Assembly: GCA_002633005.1 (NCBI GenBank)
Contig: NMRA01000299.1
Location: 446,132 to 510,131, forward strand
Direction: 5' to 3'
Length of the DNA stretch: 64,000 nt
DNA from: Phoronis australis
Taxonomy: Eukaryota > Animalia > Phoronida
This document shows, piece by piece, positions 13,801-26,107 of this stretch; within the stretch, counting starts at the first letter, position 1; the number at the start of each line of letters is the position of its first letter. The position numbers and the translations under genes are program-made. The notes under the pieces are model-generated. The model saw only the letters and a program-made list of their open reading frames with translations, made no database searches and was not told the origin of the DNA.

Positions 13801-16800
13801 CTACTGTTACAAGCACAATTACTCTCATTGACAACAGCAGTCAATGACCTGCCACAGGGAAGTCAATGTAAAACATAAGGGTAGACAAGCAGGACTACAA
13901 GAATGGGGACAAAGGACTGTACATAACAAGTGCCTCACTGCAGATTATAAATTAAATCAATACTTCCATATGGAGGCAGCACACTCATATGTGCCTTGGC
14001 AACTCATAACTTACATAACTCAAACTGCAGAACATTTCAGATGAACCTAAATATGGATCAATGGACCAACACAGCCTCATATTTGACAGCTTTTTTGCCT
14101 TTGATACTCTCCAGATTAAGATTTGTTTAAGAACCCCCTGACTGAAAGTGACACTTGAAAGCTTCAAAGTAGAATGACTTGCCAACAAAAAGGCTCATTC
14201 AAAAATGACAAAATTTCATCTGCAAGAGGACTTCAAAATAACCCCAGATAGTCCACTAAAGATGTATGCCCATGCTCCTAACTATGCTAATGTATAGCAG
14301 CAACTAAACCACAATGGTATTTGAACATAATCTATGCTAAACAAAGTGCAGTTGTATTCATTGACATCTTGTAAACGTGAAAACAAAAAATTCTACAAAT
14401 ACGTAGAAGACTTTTGCAGTAATGATGTGCCTTGGGGGCTCACATAGCCTGCATCATGCAATGTTATTCCCCAACACCACATCACAACACTTATTGGACA
14501 CGGTAGAGTGATTTATGGTGGATCACTTTTGACAGAAAACTCCTTCTTAAAAACATTTGGCAATTTTCAACCTACTTCATATTCACACTGTCGCCAAGGA
14601 GTGTAAAAGTATAGGAGAGTTTTGTGAGGTAGCTACTCCTAGCTCCACCAAGTGGTGAATAAGCAATTACAGTCAACTAGGAAGCGCTACAACAATGGGG
14701 AACGGGGTATTTTGCAGTGCGATAAATTGCACTTATTCATCCATGAAAACCCCAGATGTGTCATTGCATCGTATCATCATACACTGGATTTGAAAGATTG
14801 AATACTTGGAAGCAGATGAGTATCACTGCATTAGATGCAGTGACCGTTAAGTAACATCAATACACCACACATGTTAGGCCAGTGTTCTTCCTACATGTAC
14901 TCGGAAATGGTGTTGAACCATGTTCGAAATGTTTTGCCCCATATTTGGAATCTTGAGCCATGTTTGAGAAGCCTTAAGCCACATTTTGGTCAGAAAGGAC
15001 CCTACTAGGATCTAATTCACACCCAAGATCGGCAACTTTTAGGGATGAAAAGTGATGTAATACACCTAGCAATAAACATTTCAAGCCTTTTCCAGAAGTC
15101 TCTCGAGTTATTGAGAAAACACTCACCTGGCTTGATCAAATTTCTCATCCGGGAAGACGATCACCTTGTCGCCAACCTGCCAGTTATGATTGGGCACCGA
15201 AGGACAGATAGCCTGAATGATGCCAGAGATCTCAAAACCAGGAAACAGTGATGTGTCCCGTATCCCAGGGTGACGCAATTTGTCGCCACTCCTTTTGGTC
15301 GGGCAGTCAGAGTAACATGCCCCAGCGAAACAAACCTGGAGTGATTAAAATGGGAGGGTTACATCAACAGCAGTAAGGTAACTGTTACAAAGAAACATGT
15401 AACAAAGATGAGAAATTACTCTATTCTGATGAAAAAACTAGAGTTCATTACAGCATCGTTACATACCCAAATCAGTTTAACTTCAATGTTGTTCACTTAA
15501 CCAACAACACACTCAGGAAACTTAATCTTCATCATTATCATAGTTTCAAATATGTAAGGTATAATTTACAAATTTGGTAATTACTGATGTCATTCCATGA
15601 CCTATGATGACCTTCAGGCAGGTGATTCCCAATGCATAGGGCATAAGTTGGTCATTGCATAATAAATTATACAAGGTCATCCTCATGACACAGAGCTAAT
15701 GAATAATAACTAATCAATACGTTATTACAGGGATTAAGTGAGAGGAATGCCACACTACGGGACTGCAGTGCCCTCGATCCCTCAAAAACGGAGTCGAATA
15801 TCGGCCCCATTCCCTTCTAAAAAGTATTTAAAAAATCACGCAAAATTCCTCTCATTGGGTCAAAAAATTCCACTCTGAAGGATTAAAAATTCCCCTTTTA
15901 GTTTTAACCTCAGACAACCTTAAAATACTGCATTAAAAACACACTGAATTTAATCACAAGGTCACTAGACACTAACAAACGTCAAAGACTGGTTTCCCTA
16001 CAAAGAAAGTGCCACATACGGGAGTGCTATTGTTGTAAAGCTGTGGAGTTGTCTCCCACAAAAACTTGATGGCAAAGACAGCCTCTGCTTCCTTCGACTT
16101 TGTGTATTCAAGCAAACAAGTCAGCTATTTGCACATTTCGTACTTTTTGTGTTTATCAGTTTTTACCCTAGACTTTTTACACCATAACCACTTATGGATT
16201 ATTTCACTCTCGCATATATTGAAAACACAAAACTAAGGGACAGCTTCAGTTCGTCTGTGGCTCAAAACGGAACACAAAAAAGTTCTACAACAGAAGAATT
16301 ACGAAAAGACATGCGGTGGATCATAGAAACATACAGGAAAGCGAGTTTTCACTGATGAACTTGCAGTGCACTCCTCTCAGACAGCATCTTAAGCAAAACA
16401 CCTTTGAACAGCTAGCTCATCAGGATTATTCACCAACACTGCTGACAACACTGTCACTGTCAGTGTCAGCCAAGAACAGTTAAAGGAGAATGCCACCCAA
16501 AAACAACCTATTTCGTATCTGCAGACGAACCACTGACGTCGCTGCATCGTTTCTCACCTTCCTCACAGGTTAACGCGACACCTCTCCGCAAGGTGAGTTC
16601 GAACGTGTAAGAGGCGATGTGGATATAGACCGATTAAGACGGTAAAAAAGACTGATTAAATCGGGTGGCATTCTCCCAAGTTAAGAATTGCTCCATTGTT
16701 CTGTGGTTGTGCAAAAATGACCCACTGTCTTGCTATTGCCTTATTAAGCTAAACAGTGTCACAACAAGTCATCTACACTCGCTCTTGTACAAAAAACAGG

Positions 16801-18495
16801 CAGTGAAAAACGTGACAAAAAATACCCTCTAAGAAAGACGACGTGAAAATTCCCATCTACATAAAAACACTGCGAAAATTACCCCTTTAACATGTACAGG
16901 CACCTTTACGCTCAGGGTGAGGGCCCTAAACTGGGTTGTGTTCTGCAAGAGTAGTTTCTCCCCATTTACAGACTAGCAGACAGCAAGTACAAGCTCTACA
17001 TAATGATTAAAACTGTAACCGATGAAGTTACAAACAAAAAATCCCATTGAAAACTAAGCACACGAGCATTGTGTACGACTTGCACAGATGCAAGTTTCAT
17101 TGTGTGCAGCACATCTGAGTCAGTCAGTTACCTGTTAGCTTTGTGGGCATAATACACATCACCTCATACCCTGGATATGACCACAATAGAACCCTGGGAT
17201 TAAGCTCACCACACAGAGAAAATTACATGGTATTAGCACTGAAATGGTTGGACCTCAGAATATATGTGTTCATGTTTTGAAAATGATGTACCAGTATGAC
17301 ATATATATTTGTAATATTTGATAATTCTTATTAACTAAAAAGAAATACGGCTTGACATTTACATTTGATATTAATGACCTACTTAGAAAGACAAGGGACC
17401 AAATTCGTTTTGGGTTCTTCAAAAGATACTAGGAAAATGGTTCACCCTATTTGCTTGTTATATGTAACATTGTTACCATGACTTGAACTTTCGAAACATG
17501 TTAAAATGACTTCAAAATGGTTGTCATATCAAGAGTAAAGGTAAAAATTTATTTTTATTAAAACATAGTTTAACAGAGCACATGAGAGGCATATGGACCT
17601 TAGTTTTTTGAACACCACTACTAAAACTCAATATGCCAGTTTCAACCAATTTTAGACACATTAGAAGATTAAATTGCTAAACCAGAGTTTCACGATTATG
17701 GTAAAAATTCTTCAGTTTGGAACAATATGGCGGACAGCCGAAATTTCACTTTGTCAAATGTTTCACAAAAACACCTTTTCACTTTTGCCTTAAGCATGGC
17801 AAACTTATTATTGAACATTTGCAACAATATGATAAGCCTCTGACAAATAGAAATGACTATTTTTGCAATTATATTGATCCCAAATTGAAGAATTCTTACC
17901 GTAACACTGTTAACTTTCGATTACAACCAAATTCTACCCATGTGAAAGTTTATTTTGATGATTGAAGACCACCAGTGCTGGCAAGAATGTGGCAAGTATG
18001 GTCAGTTTTTTTGAAAATTTGTACTCCTAGTTTCGGAATCCATTAGAAACACCCGGCTCTAACAAAAATAGTTTTGAGGTGAAATAATTCTGGCTGAGAG
18101 TCTAAATTCCACGACATGCATGCAGAAAAACAAAAACATGCTAACCGACATTGCAACTAGCAGGGTAAAAGTGGAGTAAACAGGGTCCCTCTTGAAAATG
18201 GCTGCCAAGAACCAGTTTTCACTGAATAATGACAATGTCCATTTTGAAGAGAGACCCTTTAATCACTGGCTGGTTGCCCTCCCCTGTGAGACTTCACTCA
18301 GTAAGCTGTTAGATAGACAGTGACCACCACCAGTAAATTGTAACCATTGAGCTCTCAACTTATGGTTGCTACCTGCACTATAGCACCTCCGTGGGGGAGC
18401 AGTGGCATCGATGAATTCGGGTAATACTCCATATTGGTACATTCACCAATAGTATTGGCGTTCGCATTCACATTCATATTATCTTTGTCTTTCAT
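7604..18495 (-). CDS. MDR-superfamily (Zn-ADH-like fold) protein, paralogue 1, 353 aa, 6 coding exons; zinc ligands degenerate
   Basis: Exons join(18495-18373,15335-15127,11168-11008,10784-10663,10226-10044,7867-7604) = 1062 nt. All introns are GT-AG with matching phases (0,2,1,0,0), and there is an in-frame TAA 3 codons before the ATG. Motifs: GGAIVQVCFAGACYSD, FPGFEISG, VGDKVIV, AALLPSGGLTAY, IIGAGGLGLW, YVAD, IIDYV, GRAVL. Confidence 0.9.
10044..10226 (-). CDS. paralogue 1 coding exon 5 (IEKLMLALDYG...IIDYVSS...LLGN)
   Basis: 183 nt, phase 0-0; acceptor cttag, donor gtaagt. Confidence 0.92.
10663..10784 (-). CDS. paralogue 1 coding exon 4 (Rossmann IIGAGGLGLW...YVADCD)
   Basis: GxGxxG motif; acceptor tttcag, donor gtgagt. 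Confidence 0.93.
11008..11168 (-). CDS. paralogue 1 coding exon 3 (YQQYIAIKD...LPSGGLTAY...RLKRK)
   Basis: 161 nt, same length and phases as paralogue 2 exon 49872-50032; AG/GT borders. Confidence 0.92.
11247..12665 (+). mobile_element. decayed Kolobok-like DNA transposon with THAP remnant, in gene 1 intron
   Basis: TTAA at 11243-11246 and 12666-12669; weak subterminal inverted similarity; 11550-11660 encodes VCGCSNVSGNGIHLHNFPTDHVVCRAWNRFVSMTR (THAP N-terminal C-x-x-C...FP...W pattern). Confidence 0.6.
15127..15335 (-). CDS. paralogue 1 coding exon 2 (VCFAGACYSD...FPGFEISG...DQA)
   Basis: Acceptor tccag, donor gtgagt; GroES-like ADH_N motifs. Missed by the ORF track because it has no ATG. 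Confidence 0.9.
16484..16677 (-). mobile_element. about 195-bp MITE, internal-deletion derivative of the Kolobok-like element at 26108
   Basis: TTAA then AGGAGAATGCCACCC...GGGTGGCATTCTCC; the interior is the reverse complement of about 26110-26242. Confidence 0.8.
18373..18495 (-). CDS. paralogue 1 coding exon 1 (MKDKDNMN...PHGGAIVQ)
   Basis: ATG at 18495; the acceptor ttttacag ending at 18532 implies an upstream non-coding exon; donor CAG|GTAGCA. Homologous to paralogue 2 exon 1 (PRGGAIVR). Confidence 0.8.
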
Positions 18496-19537
18496 TTCAA
18501 TTTAACACTTGTAAGAAGTCGCAGTGCTGACCTGTAAAATAAGATAATATTGATGGTGATAAGGTCTTATCAAACACTATAAGGGGCCATCGGCCTTAAG
18601 CCAAAGTATCACATCATCAAATCAGTATGAGCATAGATGTACTATAGTCTATGGTATAGGGCCTATGCCTCGTAGGAATACAGCACAGGTTGGGGGATAC
18701 AAATTTTGACACCACTTCACAAGCTGGCTGTAGTTTAAACTCCATACTAGTTATATTTCCACCCAATTGCTAAGACGTACCTTCGCTCATGACAAATTTC
18801 TTCTTATTTGAAGCGAAAGTTAGCAGAAAGCTGATTAGTAATGTTTATGTTATCGGTGATTGGTCAGTTTGGCCAATTGAATGACCTTGTTGCAAACCAT
18901 CAGCTGGTGCACGCATGCATTAGTTAACTAGGTCAAGACATAGAACAACAAGAAGGGTTCATTATTCATTAAGATGGAAAGCTGGTCACCAAATACCACA
19001 ATGGTGCAAAAAAGGGGTGGAAACAAGATATTTTAAACAATGTCCAAAAAACAAACATGGCATCGATAACGGGTGGCAGTTTTAAAACAAAATATTGCTG
19101 ATGTCTGTGGCCGCACGGACGCTGTCGCACCCACCCTGTAAAATGGACTAGTCCATAAAATATTAGGGTCATGGTTATCACAACCTGACCGTTTGAACTT
19201 CGTCATAACACCAAACAGAAGTGACATAACATCAGCTCTCCACGAGCGTAAATAAAGTCATGTAAAGGTTAACACGTTCATGATTTATGCAAGCGCAGTA
19301 AACAGGGTTACCCTCGGAGGGCATATTGGGGTATCACAAAGTTAACTATGGAACAAAACCGCAGCATGTTTACCTATAGGCTATTAAAGTGAGAAGAACT
19401 GAAGCCATGTATCTCATCTGAAATTGTGATATCACGGCCGGATAACATCAATTAGATGTAGCAATGGCCTGTCAATTCAAAAACATGATCTCGACTTTCC
19501 TATGAGAAAACTGTGAGTGCCATGACAGTATCTTATA

Positions 19538-22167
19538 CAGTGGCGGATCTACGTTTTCAGTAAGGGGGGTTTAGGATTCCCTCAAAGGTCGAATCCGAGG
19601 CACGTGGCGTCGAGCGGGGGGGGGCGGAGGGTCGGGAGGGGGTAAACCCCCCAACCGTGTAAGACAACTTTTTGCTTTTGTAGCCAAATAGTGAAATTTC
19701 CATGCATCCTGGTACGTTTCTGGCACCTAACATGTCCCTGGAGTTTTTCTTAAGATAATTAAAAACCCTTCTCGATTTCGTCACATGAACTTGCTCATAA
19801 GTTTCGTGAAACCATATTTGTGCACATCTGGGTATGAGTCACACCACCAGCAAAAATTTTTGTAGGAACATCTGCTTACACACACCTTTTTAGCATACGA
19901 AAAAGTGTGGTGTGTATACAGGGGTTTAGACCACTACCAAATATTCAAGAGCATAAGGAGCACCGACGGGGCGTAAAAACTTGAATATCAGATTATCGCA
20001 ACGACCTCAAGCTGTTTAAGAATGAAGACCTGTACTGTTAGTCCAAAATAAACATGTGTTCTGTCTCCTTACGAGAAAAACTGGTGAACGATGGTGCTCT
20101 CAGCTCATAGTCTATTATTAAAAGTGACAATAAACAATTAAGTATCACTTTATTAAGCTGAGTCACGTTGACAACAATTGAAAAACGTCAAATGTATAAG
20201 GAAACAAATCATCTGAAAACAGTTTCACGAAAGCAGAACATCCTGTACACAGTGGTGAAAAGATATACAGGAACAGTACGCAGAGGGACCAGATGTACAC
20301 TGAGAGTACATAAAAACTCTAGCCTGGTCCGTCACGAGACCAAAAGTACACCTGTGCTTACAGGTATTATCCCTAAAAAATTTGACGATGTCGCGGGACC
20401 AAACATTACTGGCTGAGATAAATAGTTTTACAAAGCACACTTTGGTAAAAAAACATCACAAGACTAGTTCCCTGAGGGACCAGAAGTACACTGAAACTCC
20501 ACCTACACAAAACAAGCTGGCCTGGTCCGTCGTAAGGCCTAAAGCGCACTTTGCAAAAAAATTGAATTGAAAACTTCTCTCTGGACACTTTTTAATCCCC
20601 AGTGGTTGCTCATATGTGTAGTTTACACATCTGGTGGTCAACTGCTGCGAGAGGTTGTCCAGGAAGGGTTTTCGCGCCGTTCTGTAGTACTCACTAAGTG
20701 AAATAGATTTTGGATATGAAGCAGATAGACTCAAGTGGAAATATAAACCAGAATCAGTTTCTGTGCGCTCGTAGACCCTCTCCTGTACTGGGTAAATTTG
20801 GCATGTCCAAAAATAATTTCTATTTCGTTTTCATTGTACACAAGCATAAAAAACGACATTATATACAAACTGTGTAGAATTATAACTTATTACCTGGGTG
20901 TTTCTCCAGTAACATTGGTCCTATCTTTCTATTGTCTAGACTGCCGAGGAATTTGTATATCGGATCCAATGATTTGCTCGTCTTGGAACCATTCTACCCA
21001 GACATTATCAACGTTTGTTCCCAACACTTGCACTTCGTCAACTGCTGTGTCAATGAGCTTGTAGGCCTAAGCCTCTACAATGTCAGCATCTCGTTTCGCA
21101 GCTCAGTTGGCACTAAGCCCCCTGAGGTTACCAAGTCCATTCAAGACTTACAGCATGCGCAACTAAATTTGATCCGTTCATCACGGACGACTTCAAACCT
21201 TGACGATGTATCCCAGGACCTATTTGCATCTCTTGCGATTTTCGAAATAAACGCGCCAATGTCTGAACTCTTGAAACTGAAGTACCAACATCAAATAAAT
21301 GCCCATGGGCATGGGCGTTTCGTCGGGTGCGCCTTTCTGCGGAAATTCCCAGTATAGAAAACGGCAGTGGTGCTTATTGCAAGTAGAAAGGCGGTAGGTG
21401 TTGAGGTAGGCACTAGAGCTCCTTAGGAGGCCTATTGAACATCGCACGAGTTCCGCAATTTCTGTTACTGTACACTGTTCGCGAATGCGGTCACTTTGTC
21501 AATGTGAGTGCCCCCATGGTCATTCCTTCTATAGTCAAAACTTGTTAGAGTGCATCCTTCAAACAGACGGCCGATAAGACCACGGCGCCGACACAATAGC
21601 AATTCTTCAGAAAACGATTTTTTTTTCAAAAATCTAGTATTACATGTACATGTACACGGTATGATATTGCGCAAGACAACTTTACTATACACCGGTCAAA
21701 TTCGAGTTACAAACGTGTGGGGTGTAATAGAATGACACGACATGACAGATGAGGTAAAAACATTGCACGTCAATTCGCCTGAATATCAGGGTTGCGGCAC
21801 CACAGTGTTTCCCCTAATCAAATCAAAACATATCTTAGAGTATAAAGAAACTAGTCACCTAAAGAAATCAGCTATAGAGCTGCTCTTTCAGCGGTGGATA
21901 CATCTAAAATGCTTGGCTACTTCAGTAGTGTCGACGGAAGCGCGTGCACAATTGATCTCCGGGGTTTTGCCGATGAGCCACGAAGACTCGAAACGCGTTG
22001 ATTTTCATAACAGCAATTCACAATGCAAAAAATATATTTTCAGAGTGAACCCCCCCCCCTCATTTTTTCCAAGTTGGTTTACTCGGGGTTTATATACACT
22101 GGCGGTGTCGTTTTTGTTTTTCTGGAGACGTTTTTGTTTGTTTTNCCCCCCCGTAGATCCGCCACTG
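19538..22167 (-). mobile_element. hAT DNA transposon (2.63 kb) with decayed PRKRIR/THAP12-like transposase
   Basis: Perfect 16-bp TIRs CAGTGGCGGATCTACG...CGTAGATCCGCCACTG flanked by TTATA on both sides. Minus-strand remnant LNGLGNLRGLSAN*AAKRDADIVEA*AYKLID...WF...IPRQ...ETP|SEYYRT...PFLDNLSQQLTTR. Confidence 0.8.
20625..21215 (-). pseudogene. hAT transposase fragment with a 200-nt GT-AG intron (20694-20893)
   Basis: Splicing CCCAG|GTAATA...CACTTAG|TGAG restores ETPSEYYR, a typical hAT C-terminal-region motif; in-frame stops present. Confidence 0.75.
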
Positions 22168-22384
22168 TTATATTGTGTCATGTCTTTCTTCAGTGTCATG
22201 TTAACAATATCATTAGGGTTTAACTATGCTTTAATTGTTTATATAGTTATATCTTCTTTCTGTATATATTCTTGTATACCTCTCTGTAAATAATTCTCTA
22301 CACAAGTATTTTTAAAGGTAATTAGCACCTGTGCTAATGTTTTCTTTTGTTTTATCCACCTACACCGATATAATATAAACGTTT

Positions 22385-22510
22385 AACTTACCCACTTTAC
22401 TTCAGTACTTACTTACTTTTAACTTACTTACTTACTTATACTTACTTAATTACTTAGTTAGTTAGTTAGTTACTTACTTACTTACTTGCTTACTTACTCA
22501 TTTACTTAAC
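22385..22510 (+). repeat. (TACT/TTAC)n-(TAGT)n microsatellite, possibly the tail of a 5'-truncated L2/CR1 LINE (about 22170-22510)
   Basis: Tetranucleotide run following AT-rich 3'UTR-like sequence. Confidence 0.7.
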
Positions 22511-25500
22511 AAACATAACAACGACACTACATTGTTTTTATGAGTGATATATGCCTAATAATTGAGCCAATGTAGGCCTGATCGGCTCGGCACTCAACTA
22601 GTTCGATCGCCCACCGTTGAGTTATATTTCAGAAAAAATGGAAATAAATGTCACCAAACTTCATGTTTTATAAAACTTTTATGTCTAGTGACTGCTTCAG
22701 TGACGGTTCGAGTCAATTACGAAAGAAGGTCAAAATTCAGTAACACCATGAACTAATATCTGGCGACACTGAGAACACTAAGGCACTCTAGTATTGAAAA
22801 TCTAGTAGCCAACGCGACCGTTGATCTGGCCGCGAATCCACTTTGTCCTTGGACAATTGTAGGCCTATATATTAGGCCTACAAACAGGAAAGCATAAGCA
22901 TAACTCTAGACAGGGCTAGAGTTATGTTTATGCCAGGCGTGCAGCCGCTCAGGCCACTCGAGAATCTGCCACTAGTTGCGATCTTCTAATAGTTTATTTT
23001 CCCTATCGACTGATTTACTCTTAAAAACGCTTGTGAGTGCTACATCACATGTTTTTGTATGTTTCTGGAAAAAATCACACTCTTCCGCCTTTTTATTTGT
23101 TAGATATCGTGCTTACACGGCAATTAGCCGTGTCACGTGACTAGTAGCACTCTCCAATATGGCGCTAAGTTGTCAGCTGCCGAGAAGCGTGTGCGCCCGG
23201 TGTATATAAGATGTCTATTATCTAGACTCGCAAAAATAACGATTATAAACTAAAAAGACTATTGTCACGGCGTGACAAAATTGGACTCTGCGCGTGCGTA
23301 TTACTGGAATTGTTATGGGAAGTTACTGACAGCATCCCGTTTACCAAAAGTAATTCTTTAAAATTGTAGGAGGAATTACATGTTAATATTTTGATGACCT
23401 TTCCAAGATCAGGGAAACTCGATTAAAAGTGTGGTTGATGCTAACAATCCCACTCAGATGTTTTACTTGAAGCACTTCAAAATACAAGATGAGTGAATTG
23501 GTCAAAATTTCAGAAGAAAAATGCACTTATTGACCCCGTGGGTGCACCAAATGACCTGAAAATTTAGAATTTAAACTCAATCACATTTAATAAACAGACA
23601 TGCAATTTTGAAGTTTCTAGCTCAAAATTTTAGTTTGCACTCAATGACCTTCGACCTATTTTTTCTGATTGTTTGGGTCTATTGCGTAGTAAAGTAGGGT
23701 GTTCGATGGGCATGTTGACTTACACCAGTGTGCTGAAATTGAAAACAATTCCTTGAAAAATGTTGTAGATATAACATTTTGAGCATTAGATGACCTTTGC
23801 ACTAATTGACCCTATCCAGTGCATTATAAGAGTCTTGAGGAGAATTAGTGCAAAGCCCGTGAAAAGTGTGTTTAATGCTGAGAATCAAAGTTGTCTAACG
23901 GTTGACACAACAGAATACTTGGTGAATGAAAGAGACAAATTTTCAGAAAAAAATGCACCTAATGACCCCGTGGTTGCACTAAATGACCTAAAACTTTGTA
24001 TTTCGAATTGAATTAGGCGTACCAACCAGACTTGTGAATTTGAAGTGTCTAGCTTAAAAATTTAGTTTGCACTTACCCACCTTTGACCAGTTTTACCGGA
24101 TTGGATGACTCGATTACTTAGAGAAGTATTTTTTTTAAATTGCCTTATTGATTTATACCTGTGCACCGAATTTGAAAAGAATAACTTTAAAAATGAAGAA
24201 GTAGAATGTTAAAAATTACAAGACCTTTGCACCAAATGACCTATTCTGGTGCATTATGAAATATGATTATATAATGAATCAAAATTGATGTACTGCCTGA
24301 AATCATATGTTAAATTTGAAAACATACCTGCAACCATTTTGGAGTTATTAAGTGTCAAAGCTGGTCGGAAGAAAAATAAGAAGAATTAAAAAAATTATTG
24401 TCACAGCGTGACAATAATGGACTCTGCGCGTGCGTATTATGGGATTTGTTATGGGAAGTTACTGACAGCAACCCGTTTACCAATATGAAAAGGAATTCTT
24501 TAAAATTGTAGGAGAAATTACATGTTGATATCTTGATGATTTTTCCACTAATTGACCTCTTCCGGTGCATTATGAGCCCAGATGAGGGAACAATTGCAAA
24601 CTCGATTAAAAGTGTGGTTAATGCTAAGAATCACAGATGTTTTACTTTAAGCACTTCAGAATACAAGATGAATGAATTGGTCAAACTTTAAGAAAAATAC
24701 ACCTAATGACCCTATGAGTGCACCAAATGACCTGGAAATTTAGAATTCAAACTCAATCGCATTTACTTTCGAAGTCTCTAGTTTAAAATTTTATTCTGCT
24801 CTCAATGACCTTCGACCTATTTTTTCTGATTGGTTTGGCCTATTGCGTAGTAAAATAAGCTGTTCGATTAGCATGTTGACTTACACCAGTGTGTGAAATT
24901 GAAAAGAATTCCTTGAAAAATGTAGGGGATATAACATTTTGAACGTTAGATGAACTTTACACTAATTGACCCTATCCGGTGCATTATAAGCGTCTTTAGG
25001 AAAATTATTGCAAAGCACGTGAAAAGTGTGATTAATGCTGAGAATCACAGTTGTCTAACGGTTGACACATCAGAATACTTTGTGAATGAAAAGGACAAAT
25101 TTTCAGAAGAAAAATGCACCTAATGACCCCAAGGTTGCACTAAAATACCTGAAACTTTGGATTTAGATTTGAATTACATGTAACAATTAGTCGTGTGAAT
25201 TTGAAGTGTCTAGCTCAAAATTTTAGTTTTCACCTAATAACTTTTAACCCTTTTTGTCTGATTGGATGACTCGATTACTTGGAAAAGTAATTTTTTAAAT
25301 TGCCTCGTTGACTTATCGCTGTGCCCCGAATTTGAAAAAGATAGCTTTAAAACTGAAGGATTAGCATTTTGAAAACTATATGACCTTTGCACCAAACGAC
25401 CTCTTCCGGTGCAATATGGAATACGATTATATAACGAATCAAAATTTATGTACTGTCAAAAATCATATGTTGACTTTAAAGAACATACCTGCACCTAATT

Positions 25501-26107
25501 TGGAGTTATTAAGTGTCGAAGTTAGTCGGAAGAAGAATAAGAAGAACTAGAACGCAATTGCGTATGCGCACTTACAATTCTGCGCGTGGTGTATGCATGT
25601 GCATAGTGAAGTATAGGGAGATTACACTGCATAGAAGTTGCATCCTTTGTGTGAAAGAGAGAGATGTCCCTATGATTGAGCAACAGTGAAGAGTAAGAAT
25701 ATCAACGGAAAACTGCACCTAATGACCACACAGTTGAACTTAATGACCACAAAGTTTGTGACTGTATTTTCTTTACGAATGAAAAGTATATACGCGATTA
25801 TGTAAGCTCCAGCTCAAAAATCACTTTTGCACTTAAAATGACCTTTGACCCGGAAACTCGATTCCCTTTATCCTATTTAAATTCCACGTAAATTTCGGGA
25901 GCACTTCTCTAGTATCTGCTTGTTATCAAAATTTGGAGAGTCTATCTAAAAAGTGTACAAGAAGAAGCAATTTGACGGAATGCACCCTTTGACCCGTTTC
26001 GGGTCATTCTGGTGCATTTTGAGTCAAATCATTGTGATCAAAAGAATTTGATCGGCAGTTGGTTGAACCAGTATAAATATGAACGCTCTCCCTACTGCAT
26101 CATTTAA

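Noticed and set aside
17130-17200. Minus-strand YPGYEV in gene 1 intron 1, resembling the FPGFEI/GYEI motif (possible alternative exon)
   Set aside because: The similarity is limited to about 5 residues, the flanks do not align, and I found no acceptor giving the right phase.
20270-20560. About 190-bp internal duplication (agggaccaga.gtacactga / gcctggtccgtc)
   Set aside because: Ordinary subterminal-type repeat inside the hAT element; nothing further to support.
20932-21357. 141-aa plus-strand ORF
   Set aside because: Antisense shadow of the decayed hAT transposase on the minus strand; no recognisable domain.
21742-22293. 183-aa plus-strand ORF with hydrophobic tail
   Set aside because: It crosses the hAT right TIR and runs into low-complexity T-rich sequence; a chance ORF.
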